Source of the DNA: the human T2T-CHM13v2.0 reference genome, Homo sapiens | Direction: 5' to 3' (one strand) | NCBI RefSeq assembly: GCF_009914755.1 | Contig: NC_060925.1 | DNA: 64,000 bases | Shown: positions 31,721 through 49,274 of the stretch, piece after piece | Numbering within the stretch: position 1 is the stretch's first letter | Layout of the letters: each line of letters opens with the position of its first letter | Position numbers and translations under genes: made by a program | Notes under the pieces: model-generated | The model's database searches: none | What the model was told of the DNA's origin: nothing | What the model saw: the letters and a program-made list of their open reading frames with translations, nothing else

Positions 31721-32860
31721 TTACAAAGTTTGAAAAATTTTACAAGTTTAATTTATAATTAAAATATTGAGCAGGAAAAAAAAATATGTAGATCAGTTTG
31801 TCAATCCTTGATCTGACTTTATAAAGGCTGAGTTCTGAGAATTCTGAATCAGTCACCTACCGCAGTTATTCGGTTAGTATGCCAAATCCTAATAATACCA
31901 ATATGCAACCAATTGATAATGCAATGAATTCTTTACAGGTTTAATAGTGATTACAGGGTAAACACTGTAAACTAATTAGCTCCTTCAAAGTGGGGTATTT
32001 AATATTTCCCCCATGTCTATAATACCACATAAATATTCCATTGGTGTTAATATATATGACACAGACATGAAATTCTACTCTAAGAGGAATTTAAAAATTA
32101 TTTTAAAAATGAACCAAGAAGTTAAAAAGATTCTATTAAGAGATTTGGAGTTTTCTACTCCATAGGTATAAAGCAAATCTATTCCTACTCTAAGTTTAGA
32201 ATTTAAATTTACACAATGACTATTTTTTTTTTTTAGCTCTTACAATGAAACATGGCAATAAACAAAATCTCATTTACTGTTGGAAAGATCTGGGAGCAAT
32301 GTTAGAAGAAAAGTTAACAAAAAGGTAAAAGGATTTTAGGAGCCAATATAACTACTAATAATGAAAATACCTGTGAGAAAATTATTCCCAACTAGATGAC
32401 TACCTATTACAAATAAATATTTTTCTCTAACCTATTTCTTTGTGTTCAGAAGTCAAGCCTAATATGTAAAGTCATACTTTCTACAGTACAAGCTATATTC
32501 TTTTTCTATATCTACATTCTCTGTACTTTTCTCCAGTTATTGTCTGCATTAAGTTGTGTTGAATAACCCACTCAGCTGGTTTTATACTATTTACTTTCAG
32601 AAAATAAACAATGTGAAAAAAATACTTTCCATGTCTTATTTGTAATTTTGCTTAGAATGGGTTAATATTTTCAGTAATTTTGTCTTATGACGTAACTTGT
32701 AAATTGCTTACAAATTATAAATGTCTGATTACAGTATTTTTCCTGAATTCTGTCTCGGGTTTCCTAAACACTATTTTTGGATTCTCCTAAACTATTGTTA
32801 ATAAATAAAGGCCAGTTTCCATACATACCTAGGAAAATATGAGGTAAAAAGAATAAGTTA

Positions 32861-33049
<189 letters not shown>

Positions 33050-33567
33050 TTAAAATGTTAGCACTTGAATTCACTGCCAGAACTTCAAAACTGTAAGCAG
33101 ATCAAAGGGGGAAATTCCTATATTTAACTTCTGCTAATTATGACTTTTTGTACCTTTTACTTTTTCACAGGAACATTAATGAGTTTGGATATGTAACTAA
33201 TAAAAATAATTTTTCAAAAAAGGCTCACTCTTATCTGTCCAAAAGTTTCTATTTGGCTTTATATATACATTAAAGTTTCACTTAAAAAACTATTTATTTT
33301 ATATTTAAACCAACTATGGCACGAAGGAGAAAAATCAAACCTAGAAAATTTTTATACTTTATTCTATTAATAACTTGAATCCATAAAACAAATTGTTAAA
33401 CAGACATCCTGTAACATAGTAGTTTTCTACTACATAAGTAGTGTATTACCACTAAGGAGCTTTAGTTTAAAACTTAAAGAGGAAGAATTAAACATTTCTA
33501 AGTAAGCCTAATCAAGGTTTATAGTTTTATTCCTGTTATTAATATGATTTACTAACAAATGAAAGTT

Positions 33568-33898
<331 letters not shown>

Positions 33899-34187
33899 TC
33901 ATTAGCAAAGAAAAAAAAAAGAAAGGATATAAAATGCTGTGCTGAAAAAGATGTAGTAAAAGAAAATGAGTTTCAATGTGTAACTGATAAAACTTGATAA
34001 AACTTTTTTTGATATATCGAGTCAAACTCTGACTTAATAATTTTTCTAGAAATCTGGCCTAGAGAAACAATATGTTTCCTTTATTGTCATAATCAACCTT
34101 AAAGTATACAGTTAAATTACATTTTTAAAGTATGGTTTATAAACAGAAAAATACTTATGACAAATAAACCAGTCAAGATACAAATTA

Positions 34188-34483
<296 letters not shown>

Positions 34484-35259
34484 AGACACAAATTGCATGT
34501 ATAACTCCAAATGGAGAATAGCTTGAAATAAAATATGCAGTATGCCACAAAGTTAACCGAGTAAATCAGTGATGAAACTACAACTGATATATTCCTTTAT
34601 TTATTCCAAAATTTTATGAATATGTATTATTTTTATAATCTTTGGTGAAAAGCATGAATTGTTCATTAAAATTTTTTTAAAAAGGGAAAGTGGTTTGGGA
34701 ACTTTCTAGAGAAAAGCATGGCTTTTTTAATGCAACATGTCCATGTAATAAGGCATGTCTTGATTATTTTCTTGACATTCTAAGTTGCTCAAAATGTGAT
34801 ATAATAGCTGTGTCAACAGAATGACATTATTTTGCAAAAGAAGAGCCAGATAGTGAGATAAAATGAGGCAGTAAATAATAAGTAATGTCTCTTAAGTATA
34901 TCTTTATTCCCAATTAACTTATTTGATCCAGGACCCCCCGCCCAAAGCAAACTTGTCCTATCTGAGAGCAAATCTAAATGCTCAATTCTATCAAATATCC
35001 TCTCAGTCCTTTAAAACAAGAGAGAACCAGAAGATGGATTAGAGATCCCTTTTGCAATGGACTATCTTAAATTTGTCGTCTTTTAAGATCTACATTCCCT
35101 AAACTATGCTCTGAGAAATAGAAAGCAAATTATATTTTGTCTCACTTTTTAAAAGCTTTAAACATCTAAAAAATTTTTGATAGTCAGATGAAAGTCATTC
35201 AACTTTCTCAATTCATCACATCACTCTCCTCCACGACATCACCTTTTTTTTTCCTCTTA

Positions 35260-35470
35260 AGTATTTACGTGCATAAAAGCATTAGGCTCTAGTTAAATGC
35301 TTTGTGTGGATTATGTCATTTAGTTTAATTCTTATAAACAGGCACTATTATTATCCCTATTTCACAGGTGAGAAAACTAAGAACAGCTAGTTAACCTGTC
35401 CAAAAACTATACAGCAGGTCTGGGATATGGTATAAGCAATTGACTATATTGCTCAAGTTCCTTATCAGTA
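35260..35470 (-). mobile_element. MIR
   Basis: ggcactattattatccctatttcacaggtgagaaaactaag...cctgtccaa. Confidence 0.7.
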
Positions 35471-36176
35471 CCCTATCCTGTCTCACATTGGGTTGTTTTA
35501 ATTGCTAGATTATCTGTCAGCTTTCTTTGGGTATATAGTTTACTGCTAGATAACAAATGTTTTTTAAAGTTCAACAATATACTAAATTAACACTCATAAT
35601 CTAAAGATTTTGCTGTAATTAACAACAAAAAATGTATTTAACAGTACAATGTATAAAGCAAATGACTGCATGTGAAGAATCCTTTTCTAGGAGAAAAATA
35701 TTAACAGGCTTCAGTTAATTTTGCTTTTCCTATCAGTGGAAAAATTAGTGGCTTGGCAATTCATTAACATAAAGCCCCAAATGGAAATTCCTATTAATCC
35801 ACATGGACCTGATGTTAGACAGTCTCTTAACAATTTTCCCTAATATTTCATTATGTGAGAGTATATATAATTCCCTATATTTCATTATATGGGAAAAATA
35901 ATGTTTTTAATAATTCTTATACCCATTTTCCAAGTTTAAACATAAAAGAAAAAGAAACAAATTTTTTTAAAACCTCTATACCTCTCAGAACAAATGATAA
36001 AATTGTGTCAGTAAATACTTAATGACATTTTGCTAAATCCCTCTAATATTAATAATGTAAAAATTTTTACATATAGTTTTAAATTTAAAAACCAATATGG
36101 AAAAACCAATTTAAAAACCAAGATGGAAAAACAACAGAATGAGTCACAACCTATAGACATGGCATCATAGTTCTTA

Positions 36177-36302
<126 letters not shown>

Positions 36303-37066
36303 TTAAAAAACGAACCATTCTTAGCAGTCCAAAAAGATATGATTATTACTCTTCATTTTTAAAGGTGTTTAAAGATTTTATGAAATTTTTCAAAGCCATT
36401 GATTATAAAATTTTGTAACAAATGCCACATAATCTACCAAGCCATAAAAGGTTCACTGTTAGGAATTCAGACAACATATTGTGTTATAACATATTGTGCT
36501 ACATTTTCTGGGCATTCATATACTCAATGTGAATAAAAATAGATATTTATCTTTGGAGTCTAAGATATCTACAAGTCATATAGCAAATGGAGCCCATTCC
36601 TTTACCTCTGAGTAGAATTAAATCTATAATTTTAAAAGCTAGTTGTTGCCCCATCTTAAAAATCTATAAGAGGAGTTTTCTGTCAAATTTGTTTGGGTAT
36701 ATAATTTCTACAAGATAATAACTTTTTTAAAAAGTTCAACATTATACTAAACTAACTAAAATTAGTTTAATTAATTTAAAATTAGTTTAATTTTAATTTA
36801 GTAACCTGGACCAATTTCTCTCTCCTTTAGTATGTGACAAGGTAGACAGAGCAGTGGACTGAGATTAAACTATTCCTATTTCTACCATTAATGAGCTTTA
36901 TAACTTACCTCCCCTGAATCTCAGTTCTGTGACATTAGAATCTGAAGGACTATTTATTGTTATTTATGCCACATGTTTTCAAATGTAAATATAAATAAAT
37001 TTCCTCTTTATTAAAATTTTCAGTAAGGTTTTCAATAAAATATAAATTTAATCTTAAATGAAAATA

Positions 37067-37440
37067 CAGTAGTTCCCCTTTATCCAGACCCCCCGGGGAT
37101 GCCAGAATCTTCTGAGAGGACTGAATCCTATATAGTATACACCATATTTTTTCAATCTGATAACAAGATGACTACTAAGTGACTAAGGATGGGCAGCATA
37201 TACAGCATAGATATGCTGACAAAGGGATGATTCATGTCCCAGGTCATGAGACATGACAGGTCACAGAGGGCAGGTCAGAGAGGGATAGCATAAAATTCCA
37301 TGATGCTACTCAGAATGTGCACAATTTAAAACTTATAAATTGTTTACATCTGGAATTTTCCGTTTAATATTTTCGGACTGCACCTGATCACAAGTAACCC
37401 AAATTGCAGAAAGTGAAACTGTGGATAAGCGGGACTACTA
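37067..37440 (-). mobile_element. MER44-type (Tigger7 derivative) DNA transposon
   Basis: TIRs cagtagttcccctttatcc / ggataagcgggactacta flanked by TA. Confidence 0.8.
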
Positions 37441-38310
37441 TATAGAACTCTAACATTTGCAGATTTAACTGTTTTTTTAATGTAATAATTAGCCATTATC
37501 CTTACATTCTTCTTTTAAAATTATTAGTGCTTAATACAATGTCATCTACCTTCAAGAAACTTCAACGGAATGCCAAATGAATGACTATGAACAGAAAAAC
37601 ATTACATATAATGTATAATATGGAAGAACTGTATAAGAAATGCATTGTAATACAAATATGTAAAGACAGCCTACATTTCACAGTTATTATACCTTCTACT
37701 TCTGCTTTAGCATCCCATTTTCTTCTGTGTAGATGCAGCATTTTCATCTCTTCAATCACAAATGCTCAAGTTCATGGGGAACTGACTCATGCTAGTCAGA
37801 CTTAAAAGATTCATGCTATTTAAAAATTTTAGTTGAAAGCATTTATGCCTTGAGATTGATAATTTATATTTTAAATAAGACACTCCTTTCCAGTTAAAGT
37901 CTTTAAGAAAAACAAATCCGAATAAATTTAGAATCAAAGTAATCTAAGATTATGCTTTTGTGATATCTGTGCCTTTAAGAAGTAGAAATGGTTATCCCAA
38001 ATAAAATTGGACCAATACTACTTTATAGATTGTCTGCATGATTAAAAGCAACAGCATATGTACCTAGTACAACACCCTAGATCCCCTTAGAATAGAGACT
38101 CAATAAATGGTATCTGTATATGAGGGAATGGAAGCCAGAAGTCAGGCATAAAAGAAATTCTAAGCTAAAAAAAGCCTAAGGCAGGAATGAAGTCTGTCTC
38201 ATCAATCAGTTTATTTATGATACCTAGCACAGAATGTGATACTTAGTAGACTCCAAAAATATCTACTGAATAAATGGGTATATTATTTGGAAGATAAGAT
38301 ATGCTAAGTT

Positions 38311-38588
38311 GGCCAGGCATGGTGGCTTATGCCTGTAATCCCAGCACTTTGAGAAGCTGAGGCAGGAGGATCACTTGAGCTCAAGAGTTCAAGAACAGCC
38401 TGGGTAACACAGAGAGGCCCCATCTCTACAAAAAATAAAAAAATTAGCTGGGCAGGATAGCGTGCAGCAGTTCCAGCTACTTGGGAGGCTGAGGTGGGGG
38501 AATCGCTTGAGCCAGGAGGTTGAGGTTACAGTGAGCCGAGATAACGCCACTGTACTCCAGCCTGGGCAACAGAGCAAGACCCTGCCTC

Positions 38589-38616
<28 letters not shown>
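38311..38616 (+). mobile_element. AluJ
   Basis: J-type dimer with long A tail and TSD gctaagtt. Confidence 0.92.
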
Positions 38617-38620
<4 letters not shown>

Positions 38621-39669
38621 AGTTGCCATGCTCTGTAAGAAAGAGTCAAATGTAAGTACAGAAGAGTGCTACCTGTGTTAGCGTGGCAAAAGAAACTTAG
38701 CTTAGAGTAGTGATTTCTAAGAGTGGCAGGCAAGAGGTGAGAACAATATGAATGAAACACAACAAATGTGAAATGGAGACTGTATCCTGACTGCTAAGAA
38801 GATAGTTCCTACTGATACATTAAGGATAAAAGACCATACACTGATGTTGGCTGTGTAGATTCTTGAATAAATCTAGTCACCTATCTGACTTCAGTCTATA
38901 TTCTTTTGTATTTTCACTACAATACCCATAAATGAACCAATTGCTACAAAAATTTTGACAGTATTGCTTATGTTTTTGTTGTTGTTGCCTTAGACAGTAC
39001 TGAAAGGATACTTTACAACTACCTTCAATCTCTGCATAGGTATCTTCTTTTCCCAATTTCATATACTTCCATAAAAAATATTTAAAATTTTTTGGCTTTG
39101 TCTCAATTTATATACTAACATTGTAATTTTTTCAGTTTTGGAATATTTGCTACCACAGCACATTATTACTATGATACATTATTTGACTTGTGTTCAGATA
39201 AATTAGCAGGGTACAACCTCTCAAGCTTTGCCTGCTGGTCAAGGTTTTCATTAACTAAAATACTAGTTTCTTATTTACTAACATAGACACCCACCAATAT
39301 GAAATTCTCTTTGGATGCTGATTACTGAGTCAAAGAACTTTATTATCAATACTGTCATTCTTTTTTTTTATAACAATAAAATGTTCCCATTATAAAAATA
39401 TCACTATTAACAAAACCATCTCTCTCTCAAGCATAGTAAAACACAAACTGCAGAAGGAATGGACACTGAAGGTCATTTATATTTTTAATATCCTTCTATT
39501 TTTATTATACTTTTAATATCCTTCTATTTCATCATGGTTTTTTGCAATTATTATTACTCTAAGTCAAGTACTCTGATGAATTTTTCCTCATCAATTGTCC
39601 TTTTTACTGAAGGGTTTCTTTCTGAAAAGTTTCCTATGTGTTTGGTAATGTTTAAAAAAAAATAAATTA

Positions 39670-39964
<295 letters not shown>

Positions 39965-41578
39965 CTACAAAGTCATTGTTAAAATTCTTGATAATATATT
40001 AAAACAGTGTACGTGATTTCTAGATATTATTGGTGAGAATGCCTTTAGTCATATGCTTTATTTCCAATGACTCAAATCTCAATCTGGAATTTAATATTTA
40101 ATTAATAGAAAATAAAATTACTGTAGCATGGCTTCAAAACTGTTTAATGAATCCTACTGAAAGGAAATTTAGCAGTAAGAAAGAACCTTCATAGAATAAC
40201 TATGATGTATAAGAAGAAACAAATAACAAGTAATCCTTCCTCTTAAGTAAAATAATATGGTCCACTAGAAGAAATTTGTTAATGAAAGAAAACCATTATT
40301 TCCCTCAAATGTCTACCAAATAAGCATATGCTTTTTAATTTAGGAGACAACAAAATTGATTATCCTCAATCACTTGAAATTTGACAATCTGCATAACTGA
40401 GTAAGTCTCTGGTACATTTTATATGTTAAGATTTTTTTCTTAACAAATGCAAGACTTTATTTTTTATAGATATTTTCCTAACATGCTTGCATACTCACAC
40501 ATTCACGCACCATCAACCACCTTACTAATCTCCAGAGACTGTTTAACACTGTCATCATATGGTATACATATTTTTTAAAATACACATTTTAAAAGAAATG
40601 GCTTTGTGTTATTTTTGCAAAAAAGACTTGAACGATAGAGAAGTAAAATAAGACTATCACTTTTCAACAATGTGAAAACGATGAAACAGTCCCAGCATTA
40701 GCACATAAGAGCAGAAGGCACGCCAAAAGAAAACAAAAAAAATTAGTAGTATACCTGATCTTGCTTCAGCCCAGTAGGCATTCAATAAACATTTGTTGAA
40801 TATTACTAAGTATATTTCTCTTGCATTGAGCTCATCAGTTATTCATTAGTCAATAATGATTAAGCTATTATTGCTTCCCAGGCAAGTATCATATGAATAC
40901 TTTATTCACAGAAGTAGCACAGAATAAATGACAGAATATCAAACAGAAATGAAAGACATCAAGGAAAGTATTAACATCAAGTTAATGCTCTAGTAGTAGT
41001 ACTACTCCCCTAGCAGTTTGGTTAAGTTACTTTAAATAATATGTAATACAGTGCCAAAATTAAATAAGCAGAGAGACACTATTAAACCAGCAACAAAATC
41101 CAGCATTGTTTTTAAAATATCTATGTATACTACCATGATCGTATAATGAGGTAGGGTATTCTTAACAATTTCCAAAGAGCTCCTTTTAATAATTAGCATC
41201 AAGGAGAATATAAGGAGAGAGTCTATTGTCTCTGGGGAGAAGACTGTTGCGAGAGAGATTTCCTTTCATTATATATCTTTGCGTATTGTTGTTTTTTTTA
41301 ACCATGTGCATTTACTGTCTTTTTCATTAAAAAAACATAATTTTTAAAAACATCAAAATTTCAAATTGAAAGGGCCATGTAAGTGCCAAACACAATAAAT
41401 AAAAGTAGAACCACACCAAAGTTAATTACCATAAAATTTCAAACAATGGCAACGAATAGAAGATCCTATAGGTTTCCAGAGAGAGAGAAAAAAAAAAGTT
41501 GTAATTGTACAAGTGACTGACAAGAACACAGCCAAATAAGAGGTCAATCACATAAGCAAGAACGCAGATATCTCATTA

Positions 41579-42115
<537 letters not shown>

Positions 42116-42858
42116 TTAGTTGAACGAGTGTCACCTAGAACGAAGTCTTCAGAGCTTCAACTTATCCCTTTGAAGCAAATAGGCACTGATCACTCTGCCT
42201 CTCCAGAAGGTTTAGAAGGGGTTGGAAAAGCTGTTGATCCTGTCTCTTAGAAATAAGAGTAAAAAACTAGAGTCCATTTGGTTATTTATTTGTTCCTTCA
42301 TTCTATAACATTATCCATCACACATAAACTGGTAGGTACTATTATAAGTAAGAGACGAAGACAGAAGATGAACTCGATCTAGTGGACAAAATAAACAAAA
42401 ATTACAAAATAGTATGGTAAGTACAGTAATATATGTATGTTGAATGTATTTTTATGGGAGCAGTATGTGTTGAGGGTAATTCCCAAGAGAGTAACCACCT
42501 CAGAATGGAGTGAGAAATTACAAGTTCTTTTCAATAGTAGAAGAATTGAAAAGAATTTGCCATCTTTTAAACTTCTCCATTTCATTTTTTAGATTTTTTT
42601 AACGTTTGATTTTATTATCCTGTATTACTCTTAAAATGAGAGGAACTAAGTGAACCATCATTTTCTGAGGCAACAGGCTGGGGGTTGGAAGAACGAACCT
42701 TAGGAAAACTACTAAATGTGTTAGCCAGGCCTGTAGAGTATAACCCCTAAGGATGGAGTGGGTGGCTACAAAAAAAAAAGCAGATAGTTCTTGGAGAACA
42801 TGCAGAGCTAGTTTGTCCCCTGAGGAGACATCTGAGAGGGACAGAGGCATAAAATGCC

Positions 42859-43020
42859 CCAAAGTGTGGTCCCCAGAACAGCAACATCACCCTAACATGG
42901 GAACTTGTTAGAAATGCAAATTTCCAGGCTCAACCCCAAACCTATGAATCATGAATTCTGAGAGTGGAGCCCAGCAATCTGGTTCACCAAGCCCTCCAGG
43001 TGAGGCCAATGGACACTAAA
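42859..43020. mobile_element. MER5A (hAT-Charlie)
   Basis: caaagtgtggtcccc...gggaacttgttagaaatgcaaat...cccagcaatctg...caagccctccaggtga. Confidence 0.8.
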
Positions 43021-43399
43021 TATCCAAACCTATTTCTTTAGTGAAGCACCCCACTTTTATCACATGAAAGTTGATGAACATAAATTGATAATACATAACC
43101 AGTAGCAATCCCTGGGTCTAGATCTAATTACTACAAATGTATTCATTTATCCCCCAAACTGTTACCGTGCTTCTACTCTGCGGCAGTCATTGTACTAAGT
43201 GCTGGGGACATAAAAATGAGTAAGACACTGTGAGTGATAAACTATGGCCAGGTCTATTGTACAGAGTCCATCCTAAGCCTGATAACAGAGACAATAATTG
43301 CCCAAAGACTATTCCTTAGTACAAGATTGCAAAGAAACTAAAAATATGATTCCAATTCATTAATATATAATTTACTGGCATAAATTATTTTATGCCCAA

Positions 43400-44210
<811 letters not shown>

Positions 44211-44365
44211 AAGGTAGCATAGCTAGATGATCCTGGTGACGGAGCAAGAAATTAAACTCAGAACACAGATCAGAATCAGGTGATAGAGCTTGAATAAAGG
44301 CAATGTTTGCAATCAAATAAAGTAATTAAGCTTAATGCCACGATGGCATAATTGGGGTTGGCACC

Positions 44366-45036
<671 letters not shown>

Positions 45037-46865
45037 GCACCCACTGGGGAATTTTACCAATCTGGCAGGACCTCACCCTTGGCAGGCACAGTATCATCAC
45101 CACTGGAACATATCTCCCGCCAATAAACTGGGGAGGCTTTAGAATCTGCACTCACTTAACATTCCAACTTGAGATGCTCTTCTTACAAGGGTCTTTTTTT
45201 TAAATCTAAAATCGATCCTTTGAGCTTATCACAAACTGTAATGAGTGTAAGATTTGCATGTCAGATTGCTAACTTGCAAACCTCAAACCCAGTCCTTAAA
45301 AAGATATTTTATAAACAATAAAAACAAATTTTTAAATTATAGTCCATTGATATTTACCTAGCCTATTGATGTAGAACAGAGAACAAGTAAATAACTATCA
45401 GGATTATTTGAAAGTCTGTGATAACCAAATAAGAAGGTTTAATACTATTTAGATGAATCAAGGACATTGTAGGGTAATTCCACACAATGCTACCTCATGA
45501 AATTGTGATCCTCAAAACACACCTTTCAAAAAGGTATTATCTGCATTCTACAGATAGAGATGTGTAGGCTCAACATAACAACACATCAATTAAAATGTAA
45601 AAATTATAATAATGATCATCTGTGGAGAATGATTTAAGTACTCTAGAAAAAGATTAATTTTTCAAAAATAATAACAATTTCAGAGTTATATTTGTAGGAT
45701 ATCTGGGACTTGTATATGTACTCTTCCTAGGAAAAGGTAAATAACAGTACATTGCAGAAAGTTTATCTAAATCCTACATGAATTACTGCACTTCTGCTAG
45801 ACACTGGGAAGAATATAAATTAATCACAACCAAAACTTAATAAGCTTTAAAAGAGAACAAGATTTTTCTTTGACACAGTGGAGTCTGAGGAATCTGTGGA
45901 CCACATTTCTACATTTGAAGCATCACAGACAAGTGCCTTTTAATGAAAGTTTATTTTAAACTGGTACATAACTTCATGCTTCTGGATTGTTCAGTTTCTT
46001 TAAAGTTAGCAGTCTCTACTCACTTCAGCCAAAGTTTTTATCTCATTTTACCAGCATCCTTTGAATCAAATGATCGGCACTGTTTTCAATTTTCACCAAT
46101 CCCTTTTCTACCTCTAAAACTGAGAAAAGAGTAGTTAAAAAGCAGAGAAGAAAAGCTGAAGGAAAAAAAAAAATATGAAGCAATGAAGTGTCCCAACTTT
46201 TTCCTCAAAGAGCTCCAGAAAATTTAGAGATAATTAAATGCAATTCCACTCTAACTACTGTTTAAATACTTAGGCCCCATTACCCCAAAATCCAGATTTA
46301 ATTGGGCTAAAGTCTGGCCTGGGCACGTAGTTTTTAAAAAGCTCCACAGGTGATTCTTATGTGCCTCTAGATACGTATGTAGATTGCTCTTTCACTGAGC
46401 ATCTTTTCACAGAGAAAATACTTATTACCTATAAATAATAAAGTTATGCTTTGATAAGGAAAAAGTCTTGGGCCTTTGTATGTATGTGCAAAGTTAAGTA
46501 TTAATTCAAAATAAATGTTTCAGTTCTATTTGAAATTCCCCTTAGATTATGCACACACATAATTGTTCTCCATATGATTATCACAATTTTAAGAGTCTTG
46601 CCAATATATGCTTTGAATAATTCAACCTATTTTGAAGTCCAAAGGGATTTTCTAAGTATGTATTTTCTAAGTATGTATACCTGTACAAATACCAAGAAAA
46701 ATGGAAGAGATAATTAAACCCCAGAAACTACAAATGTCAGGAAATACCAAGGGATTATTTAAATGTGATTGAACAACCAGGGAGAGAAGGAAGAGTGGTA
46801 AGATGTTAATAATATGACCAATTATTGGCAAGAAGCAGAGCAACAAATAAATAATAAATAAATAT

Positions 46866-47163
46866 GGCCTGGGCATGGTGACTCATGCCTGTAAATCCCA
46901 ACACTTTGGGAGGTGAGGCAGGAGGATCATTTGAGTCTCAGAGTTCAAGACCAGAATGAGCAAATAACAAGACTCTGTCTCTACAAAAAAATAAAAATAG
47001 CCTGGTGTAGTGGTGCACACCTGTAATCCTAGCTACTTGGAAGGCTGAGGCACAAGGATTGCTTGAGCCCAGAAGTTTGAGGCTGCAGAGAACTAGTATA
47101 GTGCCACAGTACTTTAGCCCAAGAAACAGAGCAAGACCTCGCTTCTAAATAAAAAAAAAAAAA
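46866..47163 (+). mobile_element. AluJ (diverged)
   Basis: J-type dimer with A tail. Confidence 0.88.
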
Positions 47164-47720
47164 ATCAAAAATTAAAGAAATTCTTTTTAAGTAAATTACT
47201 CTCTCAGGCTTTGAATATTTATATTGAGATATTCCTCTTTTTATTATTTTTTAAAGTAGCTGAGCTGGATATTTTCTACTTCTGAACTTCTTAAACAATA
47301 AGGCCATTCCTTACATGCATTTGTTTTTGGCTTGGTTTTCCCTTGCTTTACAATCCTGTTCTAAAAAAATTTTCCCCATCCCCAAAAGAAAGGAGAAAAA
47401 AGGAAAAAAAAGAAAAAAGAAAAGAAAGAAACAGGGAAAGAGACAACATAAAGGGATGAAAGATAAAAGAGCTATGAAAAACTGAGAAGAAGGCAAAGAT
47501 ACATATATGGAGAAGTTCTCAGTAAAAGATTCTACTGACATTTGGCCAATGGGCTTTCAATTATTGCTTATTGTGGCAGACTGCTAGTTTTGCCCAATTT
47601 TTGTTCTCCTTTTGTGTAGATTTCACATAGAAAATATACTTCCCAGAGATCAACTTCCATCATGACAGCAAGAGGAGCTCTGTTAATCTGCTCCGCAGAA
47701 AAGCTGGTTAAAAAGTGTTA

Positions 47721-49200
<1,480 letters not shown>

Positions 49201-49274
49201 AGAAAAGCTGAGTGTCTATAACAGTATCAGGCAAAACAGACTCAAAACATTTTTTTATGTCAGGGGCACATTAT

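Noticed and set aside
40752-40767. tacctgatcttgcttc resembling the exon 9 end (tacctttgatcttgcttc), a possible duplicated exon
   Set aside because: Similarity is limited to ~12-16 nt, does not extend, and abuts an L2-like tail. It is compatible with chance.
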